A stretch of 64,000 bases of DNA from Nitrosopumilus sp. (GTDB lineage: Archaea > Thermoproteota > Nitrososphaeria > Nitrososphaerales > Nitrosopumilaceae), in contig OY763927.2 of assembly GCA_963667665.2 (NCBI GenBank), forward strand, positions 288,001 through 352,000, given 5' to 3'. The first letter of the stretch is position 1; each line of letters opens with the position of its first letter. The position numbers and the translations under genes were made by a program. Below, piece by piece: positions 40,551 to 50,207 of the stretch. The notes beneath the pieces were generated by a model. The model ran no database searches and was not told where the DNA came from. It was given only the letters and a program-made list of their open reading frames with translations.

Positions 40551-42371
40551 TTGTCAAAAATTGTTACTGATACTAGTGTTATAATTAATGGTCAACTAAT
40601 TGCACAAATAGAAGCAGGTTCAATTAAAAATTCTGAAATTATTATCCCTCAAGCAGTTTTTGATGAATTGCAATCTCAAGCATCAAGTAAAAAGGAACAG
40701 GGTTTTGTAGGATTGGAGAAAATTAAAAAACTTAAAGATTTGTCTGGGAGTTATGGTTTGAATATTGTTTTGAAGGGATCACATCCTTCTACTGATGATA
40801 TTAGACTTGCAAACAGCGGTAGAATTGATGCTCTTATCACTGATATGGCTAAACAAAATGATGCTGTTCTTTACACATCGGATCGTGTTCAACATCTAGT
40901 TGCACAAGCTGAAGATGTAGAAACAGTATTTCTCAAAGTTGTTATTAAAAATGAAACATTAGAATTTCTGAAATTCTTTGATGCTGAGACAATGAGTGTT
41001 CATCTGAAAGAAAACCAACATCCTTTAGCAAAAAAAGGAAAACCTGGAAATTTTTTATTAACTACCCTTAGTGATGAAATTCTCTCTAAAGACTATTTGG
41101 AGTTAATTTCATCACAAATCTTGAATATTGCGCATGCATCTGATTCAAGTCATATTGAGATCTCAAAGACTGGTGCATCAGTAATTCAACATGGTGACTA
41201 CAGAATAGCAATCACTCATCCTCCTTTTTCTGAATCATTTGAAATAACCATTGTTCATCCCATCGTAAAGTTATCCCTTGAAGATTATGATATTTCAGAA
41301 GAGTTGATGCAACGTTTCACTGATAGAGCAGAAGGAATTGTGATTTCTGGTGCTCCAGGTTCTGGGAAAAGTACTCTTGCATCAGGATTAGCAAATTTTT
41401 ATTATAATAAAGGAAAAATTGTTAAAACATTTGAATCCCCACGTGATTTACAAGTTGATTCTGGAGTTACTCAGTATGGTAAATTAGATGGAAGTTTTGA
41501 TAACAGTGCTGACATTTTGTTACTTGTACGTCCAGATTATACTATTTTTGATGAAGTAAGGAGGCAAGAAGATTTTAGAACCTTTGCTGATTTACGATTA
41601 ACTGGTGTGGGTATGGTTGGGGTAGTTCATGGAAATTCTCCTATAGATGCAATTCAACGTTTTATTGGCAAGATTGAACTTGGTATAATTCCAAGTGTCT
41701 TAGATACTGTAGTCTTTGTAAAAGATGGTGTTATTGAAAAAGTTCTTGACTTGGAATTAAAAGTAAAAGTACCTTCTGGAATGACTGAATCTGATCTTGC
41801 AAGACCTGTAATTGAAATCCGGAATTTTGTAGATAATGTATTAGAGCATGAAATTTACACATTTGGAGAAGAAAATGTAATTGTTCCTATTGCAAAAAGA
41901 ATTCAAAAAGTTGGAATTGAAAAGCTTGCTGAAGATAAAGTAAGAGAAACTTTCAAAAGATATGATCCTAATGCAGAAGTTGAAATTTTATCTGCTAATA
42001 GAGTTAAGGTACTAGTAGATGAGCAGTGCATTGCATCCATTATAGGAAAAGGAGGCTCAAATATTAGTGAAATTGAAAAATTTCTCAAAGTCCATATTGA
42101 TGTAGTTCAAAAGGATTCTAACCATTCATCTGCAATGATAAGTGATCTGCCTTTTACTTATTCTGAATCAAAAACTGCTCTGCTTCTAACTGTTGATAGA
42201 GAATACACTTCAATGCATGCTGATATTTCTGTTAATAATGAATATGTTACATCCGTAAGAATTGGTAAAAAAGGGCAGATAAAAATTCCAAAACGTTCTG
42301 ATGCTGCAAGAAATCTTTTGAATTTTGCATCATCACAAAACGATATTCAAATATCTATCAAAGATTTTTAA
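40551..42371 (+). CDS. PIN-domain ATPase with KH domain (PINA type)
   Basis: DTSV PIN domain, GAPGSGKST, ESPRDL, DEVR and IIGKGG KH motif. Confidence 0.9.
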   Translation: MSKIVTDTSVIINGQLIAQIEAGSIKNSEIIIPQAVFDELQSQASSKKEQGFVGLEKIKKLKDLSGSYGLNIVLKGSHPSTDDIRLANSGRIDALITDMAKQNDAVLYTSDRVQHLVAQAEDVETVFLKVVIKNETLEFLKFFDAETMSVHLKENQHPLAKKGKPGNFLLTTLSDEILSKDYLELISSQILNIAHASDSSHIEISKTGASVIQHGDYRIAITHPPFSESFEITIVHPIVKLSLEDYDISEELMQRFTDRAEGIVISGAPGSGKSTLASGLANFYYNKGKIVKTFESPRDLQVDSGVTQYGKLDGSFDNSADILLLVRPDYTIFDEVRRQEDFRTFADLRLTGVGMVGVVHGNSPIDAIQRFIGKIELGIIPSVLDTVVFVKDGVIEKVLDLELKVKVPSGMTESDLARPVIEIRNFVDNVLEHEIYTFGEENVIVPIAKRIQKVGIEKLAEDKVRETFKRYDPNAEVEILSANRVKVLVDEQCIASIIGKGGSNISEIEKFLKVHIDVVQKDSNHSSAMISDLPFTYSESKTALLLTVDREYTSMHADISVNNEYVTSVRIGKKGQIKIPKRSDAARNLLNFASSQNDIQISIKDF

Positions 42372-42822
42372 AATTTTCAATTACCTTTGGATTTGCTTTA
42401 AGAAAAGTAATGAATTTTCTTAACTGCTTTATTGTTTTTGGATTAAGATGGTGTTCAATTCCTTCGGTGTCTTGATTTGCAGTATCATATCCAACTCCTA
42501 AGATTTCAAAAAATTCTAATAAGATTCCATGTTTTTGTCTAATTCCCTCAGCTATTTGTATTCCTTTATCTGTAAGATTAATTCCATGATATTTTTCATA
42601 TTCTAAAAACCCATTCTCGTCTAGTCTTTGAAGCATCTTAGTAACACTAGGTGCACTTACATCCATGTATCTTGAAATGTCTAGTGTAGTTGCATAACCT
42701 TTCAATTCGACTAGTTCTGATATTATTTCCAAATAATCCTCCATTCTTGTACTTGATTGGGTTCTCTCTGATTGATGAGCAGCTTTAATGGAATCCAATC
42801 TTTTGGAATTTTTAGGTTTCAT
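42358..42822 (-). CDS. DtxR/MntR-family metal-dependent regulator
   Basis: MEDYLE, VSAPSVTKML and EGIEHH motifs. Confidence 0.92.
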   Translation of the reverse strand: MKPKNSKRLDSIKAAHQSERTQSSTRMEDYLEIISELVELKGYATTLDISRYMDVSAPSVTKMLQRLDENGFLEYEKYHGINLTDKGIQIAEGIRQKHGILLEFFEILGVGYDTANQDTEGIEHHLNPKTIKQLRKFITFLKANPKVIENFKNL

Positions 42823-42956
42823 GTAATCTTTGTATCTAAATCAAATCTAGTATAATTGGATTCTCTTCTGTTGATTTTAGTTACTCTTTGTTGACTTGGA
42901 TGTTACAGTAATTGATCTTTGAATCTTAACTAACTTCTTCTAAATCATAGGCTGGA

Positions 42957-43307
42957 ATGGTTGATCCCTTAAAGGTACGACTTGAAAAATTACAAAAATC
43001 TGCTGAATCAGCTAAACGCAGAGCAAATTTGTACACAGATGTGGCTAAAATGAATGAAGGACCTAATACTAGTTCGTTAGGTGCTCTTCAGAAAGCTTCT
43101 GCACCTGGTAAAAAACTTCAAAAAATTGGATTTTTGATGTTATGGGTTCCTGAACCTACTGGTGTTACTTGTGCAGTAGGCGCTCCGTTGATAGTTGCAG
43201 GTAGATATCTTGACAAAAAATACAATGGTGCCACTATTCATGATATTGGTCATGAGACAAAACATGCCTTTACATCAATACGTGATTTTAAGAATTTTAT
43301 AATATAA
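42957..43307 (+). CDS. Hypothetical protein
   Basis: 116-aa ORF with PEPTG hydrophobic hairpin. Confidence 0.7.
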   Translation: MVDPLKVRLEKLQKSAESAKRRANLYTDVAKMNEGPNTSSLGALQKASAPGKKLQKIGFLMLWVPEPTGVTCAVGAPLIVAGRYLDKKYNGATIHDIGHETKHAFTSIRDFKNFII

Positions 43308-43417
43308 CACTATTAGTTTTTAAAATATCTATTACAGACTTTTCATTCCTACTACTGCCCTAAAGCAGGGTAATAGATAGGGTAATAAGAAAAAATTTGT
43401 TTTTAGTCATGGCGGTA

Positions 43418-43506
43418 TAGCTCTATCCGTGCCTAGCTTTTGAGCTATTGTAGAGCTACATTTGTAATTCTAGTCGTGGAATGTAGAGCTACAATGGAGC
43501 TACATA
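43418..43506. repeat. Cluster of short GAGCTA/TAGCT repeats
   Basis: TGTAGAGCTACA at 43449 and 43482 plus several partial copies in both orientations. Confidence 0.6.
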
Positions 43507-43665
43507 GTGCCCTACTAATCCCTGCTAAACAAAAAGGCAGAGATGTATGCACTGTCAAATATCTATTAAAAAAATAACAGTGCGTAGCTTTTCTGTTATA
43601 GTATAGAGGTAGGAATTAGTAGAGATTAGAATTATCTAAAATACTGGATTGCATTAAAGAAAATT

Positions 43666-45213
43666 ATGAAACCTGTAATAATTATCACAATAGCGTTTGT
43701 TTTGTTAATTCCACTATCTGCTTTTTCAGATATATTTGGTGAACCAACGTTAAAGGTTAAAGATCTAGTTGTTGAAAAATATGTGTCAAATTTGTGTTGC
43801 ATGATTACTACCATGACTTTTGTTGAAGATGATATTTTATTTTTACAAAAAACTGATGGAGTGGTTCGTTTAATTCGAGATGGAGTTTTACAAGATAAAC
43901 CTGTACTTGATGTAAGTGTTGATTCAATTGGAGAAAAAGGCATGTTGGGAATTACCAGTGTTGATTCATCAGTATATCTCTATTTTACAGAAGCAGAAAA
44001 GGACGGAGGTGAATCATTAGGAAATAAAATTTACAAATATGAATGGGATGGGGATTCTTTGTTAAATCCAGTATTACTAAAAGAACTTCCTTCAAATGTT
44101 TCTCATAATGGGGGAGCAATGGTTACAGGATTGGATAATCAAGTCTATGCAGTAATTGGAGATACATTACACTATGGTCTTCTTCAAAACAAGCCTATAG
44201 AATGGTTGAAAGGAGACGATATTGATTTTAAAGATAATGGAGTAATTTTACAATTAGAAACAGAAAAACCATATTTTGCTATGGGAATTCGAAATAGTTT
44301 TGGATTAGCAATTGATCCTGTTACTGGGAATTTATGGGCAACTGAAAACGGTGATGATGATTTTGATGAAATCAATTTGATTCCAGAGAAGTTTAACAGT
44401 GGATGGATAGTCATAATGGGACCTGCAACTGAATCAGAACTTGCTAGCCTTCCAGGTTATGAAGATTATGTTTATGGTGATCCGGAATTTACTTGGGAAG
44501 CAGTTGTCGCACCAACTGGATTAGATTTTGCAAAATTTCAAGAAACCAATGCTTATGATAATTCTCTTTTTGTAGGAGACTGTAATACTGGGAATCTTTA
44601 CAAATTTGAATTAAATGAAAATAGAGATGGTTTTGAATTTACTAGCCCATTTCTTCAAGATAATGTAATTAACTTTGATGAAAATATGGATGAAATTATC
44701 ATAGGTACTGGATTTGGGTGTATCACTGATATTGAACGAGGACCGGATGGTTTTCTTTATGTAGTATCATTAAGTGAAAGTACAATTTTTAGAATTCTTC
44801 CTACTGCAAGTGCATCTAATGTAATAGACTCGAATGGAGGAGGTTGCCTAATTGCTACTGCAACATATGGTTCAGAATTATCACCACAAATACAACAACT
44901 CAGAGAACTACGAGATAATTCATTACTAAACACAGAATCAGGAACTGCATTCATGGAATCATTTAACGAATTTTACTATTCATTTAGCCCATACATTGCA
45001 GATTTAGAGCGTGAAAATCCCGTATTCAAAGAGATAGTAAAGATTGCAATTACACCAATGATTTCATCTCTATCAATTTTGAATTATGTGAATATGGATT
45101 CAGAAGAATCAGTATTAGGATATGGAATTTCTTTGATTATACTTAATGGATTGATGTATGCTGGTATTCCTGCAAGTGTGATTGTTGTGATTAGGAATAG
45201 AAATAAGATATGA
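43666..45213 (+). CDS. PQQ-dependent sugar dehydrogenase (GSDH) with CFI-box-CTERM domain
   Basis: HNGG, GIRNSFGLA, ENG..DEIN; C-terminal GGCLIATATYGS...YYSFSP plus TM. Confidence 0.9.
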   Translation: MKPVIIITIAFVLLIPLSAFSDIFGEPTLKVKDLVVEKYVSNLCCMITTMTFVEDDILFLQKTDGVVRLIRDGVLQDKPVLDVSVDSIGEKGMLGITSVDSSVYLYFTEAEKDGGESLGNKIYKYEWDGDSLLNPVLLKELPSNVSHNGGAMVTGLDNQVYAVIGDTLHYGLLQNKPIEWLKGDDIDFKDNGVILQLETEKPYFAMGIRNSFGLAIDPVTGNLWATENGDDDFDEINLIPEKFNSGWIVIMGPATESELASLPGYEDYVYGDPEFTWEAVVAPTGLDFAKFQETNAYDNSLFVGDCNTGNLYKFELNENRDGFEFTSPFLQDNVINFDENMDEIIIGTGFGCITDIERGPDGFLYVVSLSESTIFRILPTASASNVIDSNGGGCLIATATYGSELSPQIQQLRELRDNSLLNTESGTAFMESFNEFYYSFSPYIADLERENPVFKEIVKIAITPMISSLSILNYVNMDSEESVLGYGISLIILNGLMYAGIPASVIVVIRNRNKI

Positions 45214-45229
45214 AAATCATCCATATTCA

Positions 45230-45421
45230 TTGAACGCTACTAGAGATAAAGTTAACATCAGAATAATGGTTCAGATAATACAAAAACAAGATCAGCGTAC
45301 AGGAAAATTAACTGAAGGAATTGTCAAGAGGATTCTCACTTCAAGTAATTTTCATCCTCATGGGATTAAAGTTGAATTAGAGAATGGGAAAATAGGCCGT
45401 ATTCAAAACATAGTAGAATAG
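45230..45421 (+). CDS. YwbE/DUF2196 family protein
   Basis: KQDQRTGKLTEG...ILT..HPHGIKV.L..G.IGR. Confidence 0.88.
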   Translation: MNATRDKVNIRIMVQIIQKQDQRTGKLTEGIVKRILTSSNFHPHGIKVELENGKIGRIQNIVE

Positions 45422-45475
45422 TCTTGTTAATTTGACATTTGGGATTTGCAATTCTAGATTTGAATAATCTATATT

Positions 45476-45511
45476 GGATTTTGTAATTCTATGTGATTAA
45501 TTGGGCTCAAA
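45476..45511 (+). repeat. Island boundary motif, copy 1
   Basis: GGATTTTGTAATTCT-ATGTGATTAATTGGGCTCAAA. Confidence 0.7.
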
Positions 45512-45515
45512 TTCA

Positions 45516-46271
45516 TTAATCATTTTTTACTTCGATTTTATTTTTATTAAATTTGTTGTATCCATCTTTGTTGTATCCCTCTTTGTTGTAACCTATGTGA
45601 TCATATCCAAGTCTATCATACCCCTCTTTGTTATACCCAATACTATCATATCCATCTAAGTCATACCCAATACTATCATATCCATCTAAGTCATACCCAT
45701 TACTGTCATATCCAAGTCTATCATATCCGTCTTTGTTATACCCGTCTTTGTTGTATCCGTTTTTGTTATGCCCATCTAGGTCATACCCGTCTTTGTTGTA
45801 ACCCTTTTTGTTGTATCCATTACTATCATACCCATTTTTGTTGTAACCCTTTTTGTTGTATCCATCTTTGTTGTAACCCTTTTTGTTATACCCGTCTTTA
45901 TCAAAATTTATTTTTGTATCAATGTGAATTCCATCAAGATAAAAACCATGATTATCATACCCATTTTTGTCATACCCCTTTTTGTTGTATCCATTTTTGT
46001 TGTAACCCTTTTTGTCATACCCCTTTTTGTTGTATCCATCTAGGTCATACCCATTTTTGTTGTATCCATTTTTGTTATACTCCTCTTTGTTATACCCGTC
46101 TTTATCATACCCATCTTTGTTGTAACCCTTTTTGTTGTATCCATCTTTGTTGTACCCATCTTTGTTGTAACCCTTTTTGTTATACCCGTCTTTATCATAC
46201 CCATTACAATCATACCCATCTTTGTCGTATCCAAACTTGTCAAATTTTTTAAATTTATCAAATAATCCCAT
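45516..46271 (-). CDS. Pentapeptide GY[DN]xx repeat protein
   Basis: Dozens of GYNKK/GYDKD/GYDLD units encoded by 15-bp repeats; likely start MGLFDK at 46271. Confidence 0.8.
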   Translation of the reverse strand: MGLFDKFKKFDKFGYDKDGYDCNGYDKDGYNKKGYNKDGYNKDGYNKKGYNKDGYDKDGYNKEEYNKNGYNKNGYDLDGYNKKGYDKKGYNKNGYNKKGYDKNGYDNHGFYLDGIHIDTKINFDKDGYNKKGYNKDGYNKKGYNKNGYDSNGYNKKGYNKDGYDLDGHNKNGYNKDGYNKDGYDRLGYDSNGYDLDGYDSIGYDLDGYDSIGYNKEGYDRLGYDHIGYNKEGYNKDGYNKFNKNKIEVKND

Positions 46272-46327
46272 ATTATTTTCATAAATTGCTAGCAAATAAA
46301 ACCGATCATGTAATTTTGTATTATGCT

Positions 46328-46427
46328 CTAAAGCGTGTATGCCCAACCTTCTTGGTCGCAAAATTCTTTATAGTAAATTTCTCCTAAAGAACCTCTTGAG
46401 TTTGTTTGTGATTCTAGGTGTAACCAA
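46328..46427 (-). pseudogene. Truncated, frameshifted gene remnant, possibly a PD-(D/E)xK nuclease N-terminus
   Basis: MVTPRITNKLK / GSLGEIYYKEFCDQEGWAY read across a 1-nt shift. Confidence 0.4.
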
Positions 46428-46456
46428 GGATATACTATACTCACTCCATAGATTCA

Positions 46457-46490
46457 GGATTTTGTAATCCTCATGTGATTAATTGAGCTT
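46457..46490 (+). repeat. Island boundary motif, copy 2
   Basis: GGATTTTGTAATCCTC-ATGTGATTAATTGAGCTT. Confidence 0.7.
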
Positions 46491-46551
46491 GCTAAATCAT
46501 GGGTAATTTCACACCTATTTTCATAAATATTATGAATTTCCCACATTAGGA

Positions 46552-47223
46552 ATGAGTCTATGTAATGATCCTAAATGTCCTCTAAATAGACAGGGAGTTA
46601 CTCATGAAATTCACGAATTAATTGAAAATCGACCAGTGAAAAATCCATGCAATGATCCTCGATGTGCAATGAATAGAATGGGAATGAGTCATGAGATACA
46701 TGATGGAAAACAAGTTAATGATAGTGAACCTATACAAGAAAAAACATCAAAACAATATGTTGTAGATGATGAAGATACAGAATCAACTAATGAAACTTTA
46801 CAAGAATTAGGTAAACGGGTTTACAGAGATAATCCAAATAAAATATCTAGAGAAAAAATACTTGCAGAGCGAAGAAAAAGAGGAAGACAAAAAATAGAAC
46901 AAGAAGCTCAAGAAGTCAATAGAAGACAAAAGATTAAAGAAAAAACATCTACAAAATCTGAAACGGTTTCACAAACAAGAAACAAAAAAGAAATTCCATC
47001 AGTTAATCAAATTTTACATTGCAATGATCCATATTTGACATTTAACTTGACACAAGATACAACGTGTGATGAAATTAAATCAACATACAGAATACTAAGT
47101 AAAAATTACAATGCATCTCGTGGAAGTGCTAATAGATCACAAGATGAACAAGAACGACTCACCAAGACACAAAGTAAAATAAACATTGCATATGACATCT
47201 TAAGAAAAAAACATTGTGGTTGA
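46552..47223 (+). CDS. Atypical J-domain protein lacking HPD, with two N-terminal C2H2-like repeats
   Basis: DPY..F....EIKSTYR.LSKNY-NAS...KINIAYDIL; CNDPxC...HEIH twice. Confidence 0.75.
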   Translation: MSLCNDPKCPLNRQGVTHEIHELIENRPVKNPCNDPRCAMNRMGMSHEIHDGKQVNDSEPIQEKTSKQYVVDDEDTESTNETLQELGKRVYRDNPNKISREKILAERRKRGRQKIEQEAQEVNRRQKIKEKTSTKSETVSQTRNKKEIPSVNQILHCNDPYLTFNLTQDTTCDEIKSTYRILSKNYNASRGSANRSQDEQERLTKTQSKINIAYDILRKKHCG

Positions 47224-49285
47224 TATGGTAGTTTTAGGAATTGATTTAGGTACTAATAGTTCTGCAGCAGCTGCAATGATTGATGGTAAAGTACAACTCA
47301 TTTCATTTTCTGATAAAAACTCTACAGATGTAAAGCCATTTTATTCTGTTGTCTCTTTTTTTGAAGATGGCAGTTGCCTCATTGGAAAGCCAGCACTGGA
47401 GCAAGCATCATACAATCCAAAAGGAACTGTGTTTAATGTCAAAAGAATGATGGGAACCGGAGAACCCATTCATGTTTTAAAGAAAAGCTATCTTCCACAA
47501 TTTATCTCAGCATTACTAATTATGGAAATGAAGATTAAAGCAGAGAAACTTTTGAATGAAACTATCACAAAGGCAGTCATTACAGTTCCAGCATATTTTA
47601 ACGATAATCAGCGTCAAGCAACGAGAGATGCTGGAAAAATCGCAGGTTTGAACGTAATTCAGGTGTTAAATGAGCCTGTCGCTGCATCAATTGCCTATGG
47701 TCTAAACAGACTAGAAGAGCCCACAAAAATTCTAGTATTTGACATGGGGGCTGGAACTTTGGATGTATCAATTTTAGAAGTTGATAATAATTTCTTTGAG
47801 GTATTATGTACTACAGGAGATACAAATCTTGGTGGAATTAATGCCGATGAAATTATTTCAGAGATGATTTTAGAAGAAATTAAAAAAATAAAACCAAATG
47901 AAACAATTGATGAACTCTCAAAGTTACAGATAATGCAGTTAGCTGAATCAATTAAAATCAGATTATCTGAAAATACAGAACTTGATTTTGTTGAAGATAT
48001 TGCATTAACTGATTCGCATATTGATTTACCAATATCAATTAGTAGAGAAAAGTTTGATTCTATGATAGAATCAATTTTAGATAAATGCAAAGTATGCATA
48101 TCTGATGCGCTAAAAGGTGCAAATCTTACTTCAGATAAAATAGATAAAGTAGTGTTAGTTGGAGGATCAGTTAAAATTCCTGCCATTAAAAAAATGGTTT
48201 CAGAATTTATTCGAGAACCAGAATCAAACATTGATTCTACATTTACTGTTGCATCAGGTGCTGCAATTCAAGGTGCAGTGTTGTCTGATGATCGAAATTT
48301 GCCTGTGATTTTTCAGAATTTAGTACTATTAAACAAAACACCATTAGATTTAGGGGAGCATGCCATAAAAAAAAGACAGGAATTTATACAATTAATGATT
48401 CCAAAGAATACTACTTATCCAACTGAATTCACTGAAGTATTTTATGTAAATAAAATTATGCAAACTGAAGTCTCAATTAGTGTTTGGCAAGGAGATTTTG
48501 AAAAGAATCCAGATTTTCCAGGTAATGTAAACATTGGACAATTTTGGTTACGTGGTTTACGTGAAGGAATAGAAAAAGAGATTGAAGTTACATACAAAAT
48601 TGATGCAGATGGAATAATTTCAGTTACTGCATATGAGATAGAAGGAAATGCCCATGATGAATTAACCATAGATAAAATGGGAAATTCAGTAATTTCACCA
48701 CCTGAACTTGAATTTGCGCACGAAGAAATCGAGAAAATTGAGAAAAAGCACAAACGGGACATTATGAGTCCATATGAAACTCCAGTTGATGATTATGAAT
48801 TTGCATCACCAAAAGTATCTGAAGAATACACCAAGGATTATGGATGGGTTTGCAATTGTTTGGCAAAAGCAATAGAGATTATCAAAACACATCATAACCA
48901 TCCAGAATATCATCCGGATTTTTTCAAGACTGCAAGATTTGAGATATATCTACAATTAGACATGCAGTATGCTTATGCATATATTCAATTGACAGGTGGA
49001 CCTGTTTACCCAATTCACATTCATAATGCTCTAAAAGAGAATTCAGAGCAAAATAATAGAATTTTGGTAGTAACATTAGTTCATGAATTACTTCATGCAA
49101 TACATCCTGATTGGGGACATAATAAAATACGTCCAGCTGAAAGAAGGCTAGCAAACTTGGCAATGTACTTTGATGCATACAGAGAGATGGAAATTAAATT
49201 TCTCAGTGGAAAAATGTCTTTGTGTAATAATACTATGACGCGAAGAGACCAAAAAGTTAGAATTCAATGCAAGAGTGAAGACTAG
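47216..49285 (+). CDS. Divergent Hsp70 fused to a C-terminal zincin-like (HExxH) domain
   Basis: GIDLGT, TVPAYFNDNQRQAT, NEPVAA, DMGAGTLD, LVGG and IDADGI motifs; then TLVHELLHAIHPDWGH. Confidence 0.88.
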   Translation: MVDMVVLGIDLGTNSSAAAAMIDGKVQLISFSDKNSTDVKPFYSVVSFFEDGSCLIGKPALEQASYNPKGTVFNVKRMMGTGEPIHVLKKSYLPQFISALLIMEMKIKAEKLLNETITKAVITVPAYFNDNQRQATRDAGKIAGLNVIQVLNEPVAASIAYGLNRLEEPTKILVFDMGAGTLDVSILEVDNNFFEVLCTTGDTNLGGINADEIISEMILEEIKKIKPNETIDELSKLQIMQLAESIKIRLSENTELDFVEDIALTDSHIDLPISISREKFDSMIESILDKCKVCISDALKGANLTSDKIDKVVLVGGSVKIPAIKKMVSEFIREPESNIDSTFTVASGAAIQGAVLSDDRNLPVIFQNLVLLNKTPLDLGEHAIKKRQEFIQLMIPKNTTYPTEFTEVFYVNKIMQTEVSISVWQGDFEKNPDFPGNVNIGQFWLRGLREGIEKEIEVTYKIDADGIISVTAYEIEGNAHDELTIDKMGNSVISPPELEFAHEEIEKIEKKHKRDIMSPYETPVDDYEFASPKVSEEYTKDYGWVCNCLAKAIEIIKTHHNHPEYHPDFFKTARFEIYLQLDMQYAYAYIQLTGGPVYPIHIHNALKENSEQNNRILVVTLVHELLHAIHPDWGHNKIRPAERRLANLAMYFDAYREMEIKFLSGKMSLCNNTMTRRDQKVRIQCKSED

Positions 49286-49287
49286 AA

Positions 49288-49911
49288 TTGAGTGGAGAAT
49301 ATCTAATTGAAATTAGAATTAGAGGAGATATTAGAGATTTATGTAAAAAATTAATCTATGATATTTTTTATAAATTTCGTGTTTCTAATGTAGCAAGTAA
49401 AAGACCAGTTCCACATATTTCATTGTTTGGTCCATTTGATTGCAAATCAATTAAACCAGTAATTCATGAAATAAAAAAAACAGGAAAAAATTATACAAAA
49501 TTAGAATACAAAGTAAGTGGCTTTGATTATTTTGAATTAAAGAAAAAATTTCTATTCATTACTACATCTACAAAGAAAAATGTACTCTATCTCAAAATTG
49601 AAGCAAGCGAAGATCTTAAAGAATTCAGACATTCATTATCTAAAAAATTACTAAAAATTACAAAATCAGTAAATATTGATAATGATTCTAAAGAAGACTT
49701 CAAATTTCATGCAACTATTGCCATGAGGGATATTGATAGAAAATTTGACCGAATATGGGATTATCTCAAAAAATACAAAATTCACAAAAATGGAACATCA
49801 TATAGAATTACTTTGCTTAGAAAAGGGAGAATTGTGTGTGAATATGACCTGTATGAGCAGAGATTTTTGAAAAGAACTCAAGCATTAAGGCGTAAACCCA
49901 GAAGGAGATAA
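49288..49911 (+). CDS. 2H phosphoesterase (2'-5' RNA ligase-like)
   Basis: Two HxS/T motifs: PHISL and FHATI. Confidence 0.82.
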   Translation: MSGEYLIEIRIRGDIRDLCKKLIYDIFYKFRVSNVASKRPVPHISLFGPFDCKSIKPVIHEIKKTGKNYTKLEYKVSGFDYFELKKKFLFITTSTKKNVLYLKIEASEDLKEFRHSLSKKLLKITKSVNIDNDSKEDFKFHATIAMRDIDRKFDRIWDYLKKYKIHKNGTSYRITLLRKGRIVCEYDLYEQRFLKRTQALRRKPRRR

Positions 49912-49961
49912 TATTTGAAAAACAAAGGAAATCTTAAGTTCATACAAAATTCTAATTAATT

Positions 49962-50207
49962 GTGAGGCATCGTCGAAGACGAAATTATGGAAGTCGTAGA
50001 AGTTCTGGAAAAAGTTTGAAGATTTGGATTAAATTAATAATTGCAGGAATCATACTTTTCTTTGTAGGAGTTTTTTACATTACAGCAACAGGTGGTCCTA
50101 CAATTGCATCACCTGGCATGATAATTAGTCTCATTGGAGTTATTCTTGTAGTAGTAGGAGTATTATCTGGAATTGCGCGTGGCTTTAATCGAATGATGAG
50201 TGAATGA
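49962..50207 (+). CDS. Small two-TM membrane protein
   Basis: Basic N-terminus and two hydrophobic helices; ATGA overlap with the HNH gene. Confidence 0.7.
   Translation: MRHRRRRNYGSRRSSGKSLKIWIKLIIAGIILFFVGVFYITATGGPTIASPGMIISLIGVILVVVGVLSGIARGFNRMMSE

Noticed and set aside
45914-46282. Cys/His-rich ORF 45914..46252 (+) and TTKM-repeat ORF 46040..46282 (-)
   Set aside because: Alternative-frame shadows of the 15-bp repeats of the GY[DN]xx gene.
47216-49285. Housekeeping dnaK
   Set aside because: Divergent motifs, replaced C-terminus, no grpE or canonical dnaJ nearby, and island context; gene symbol withheld.
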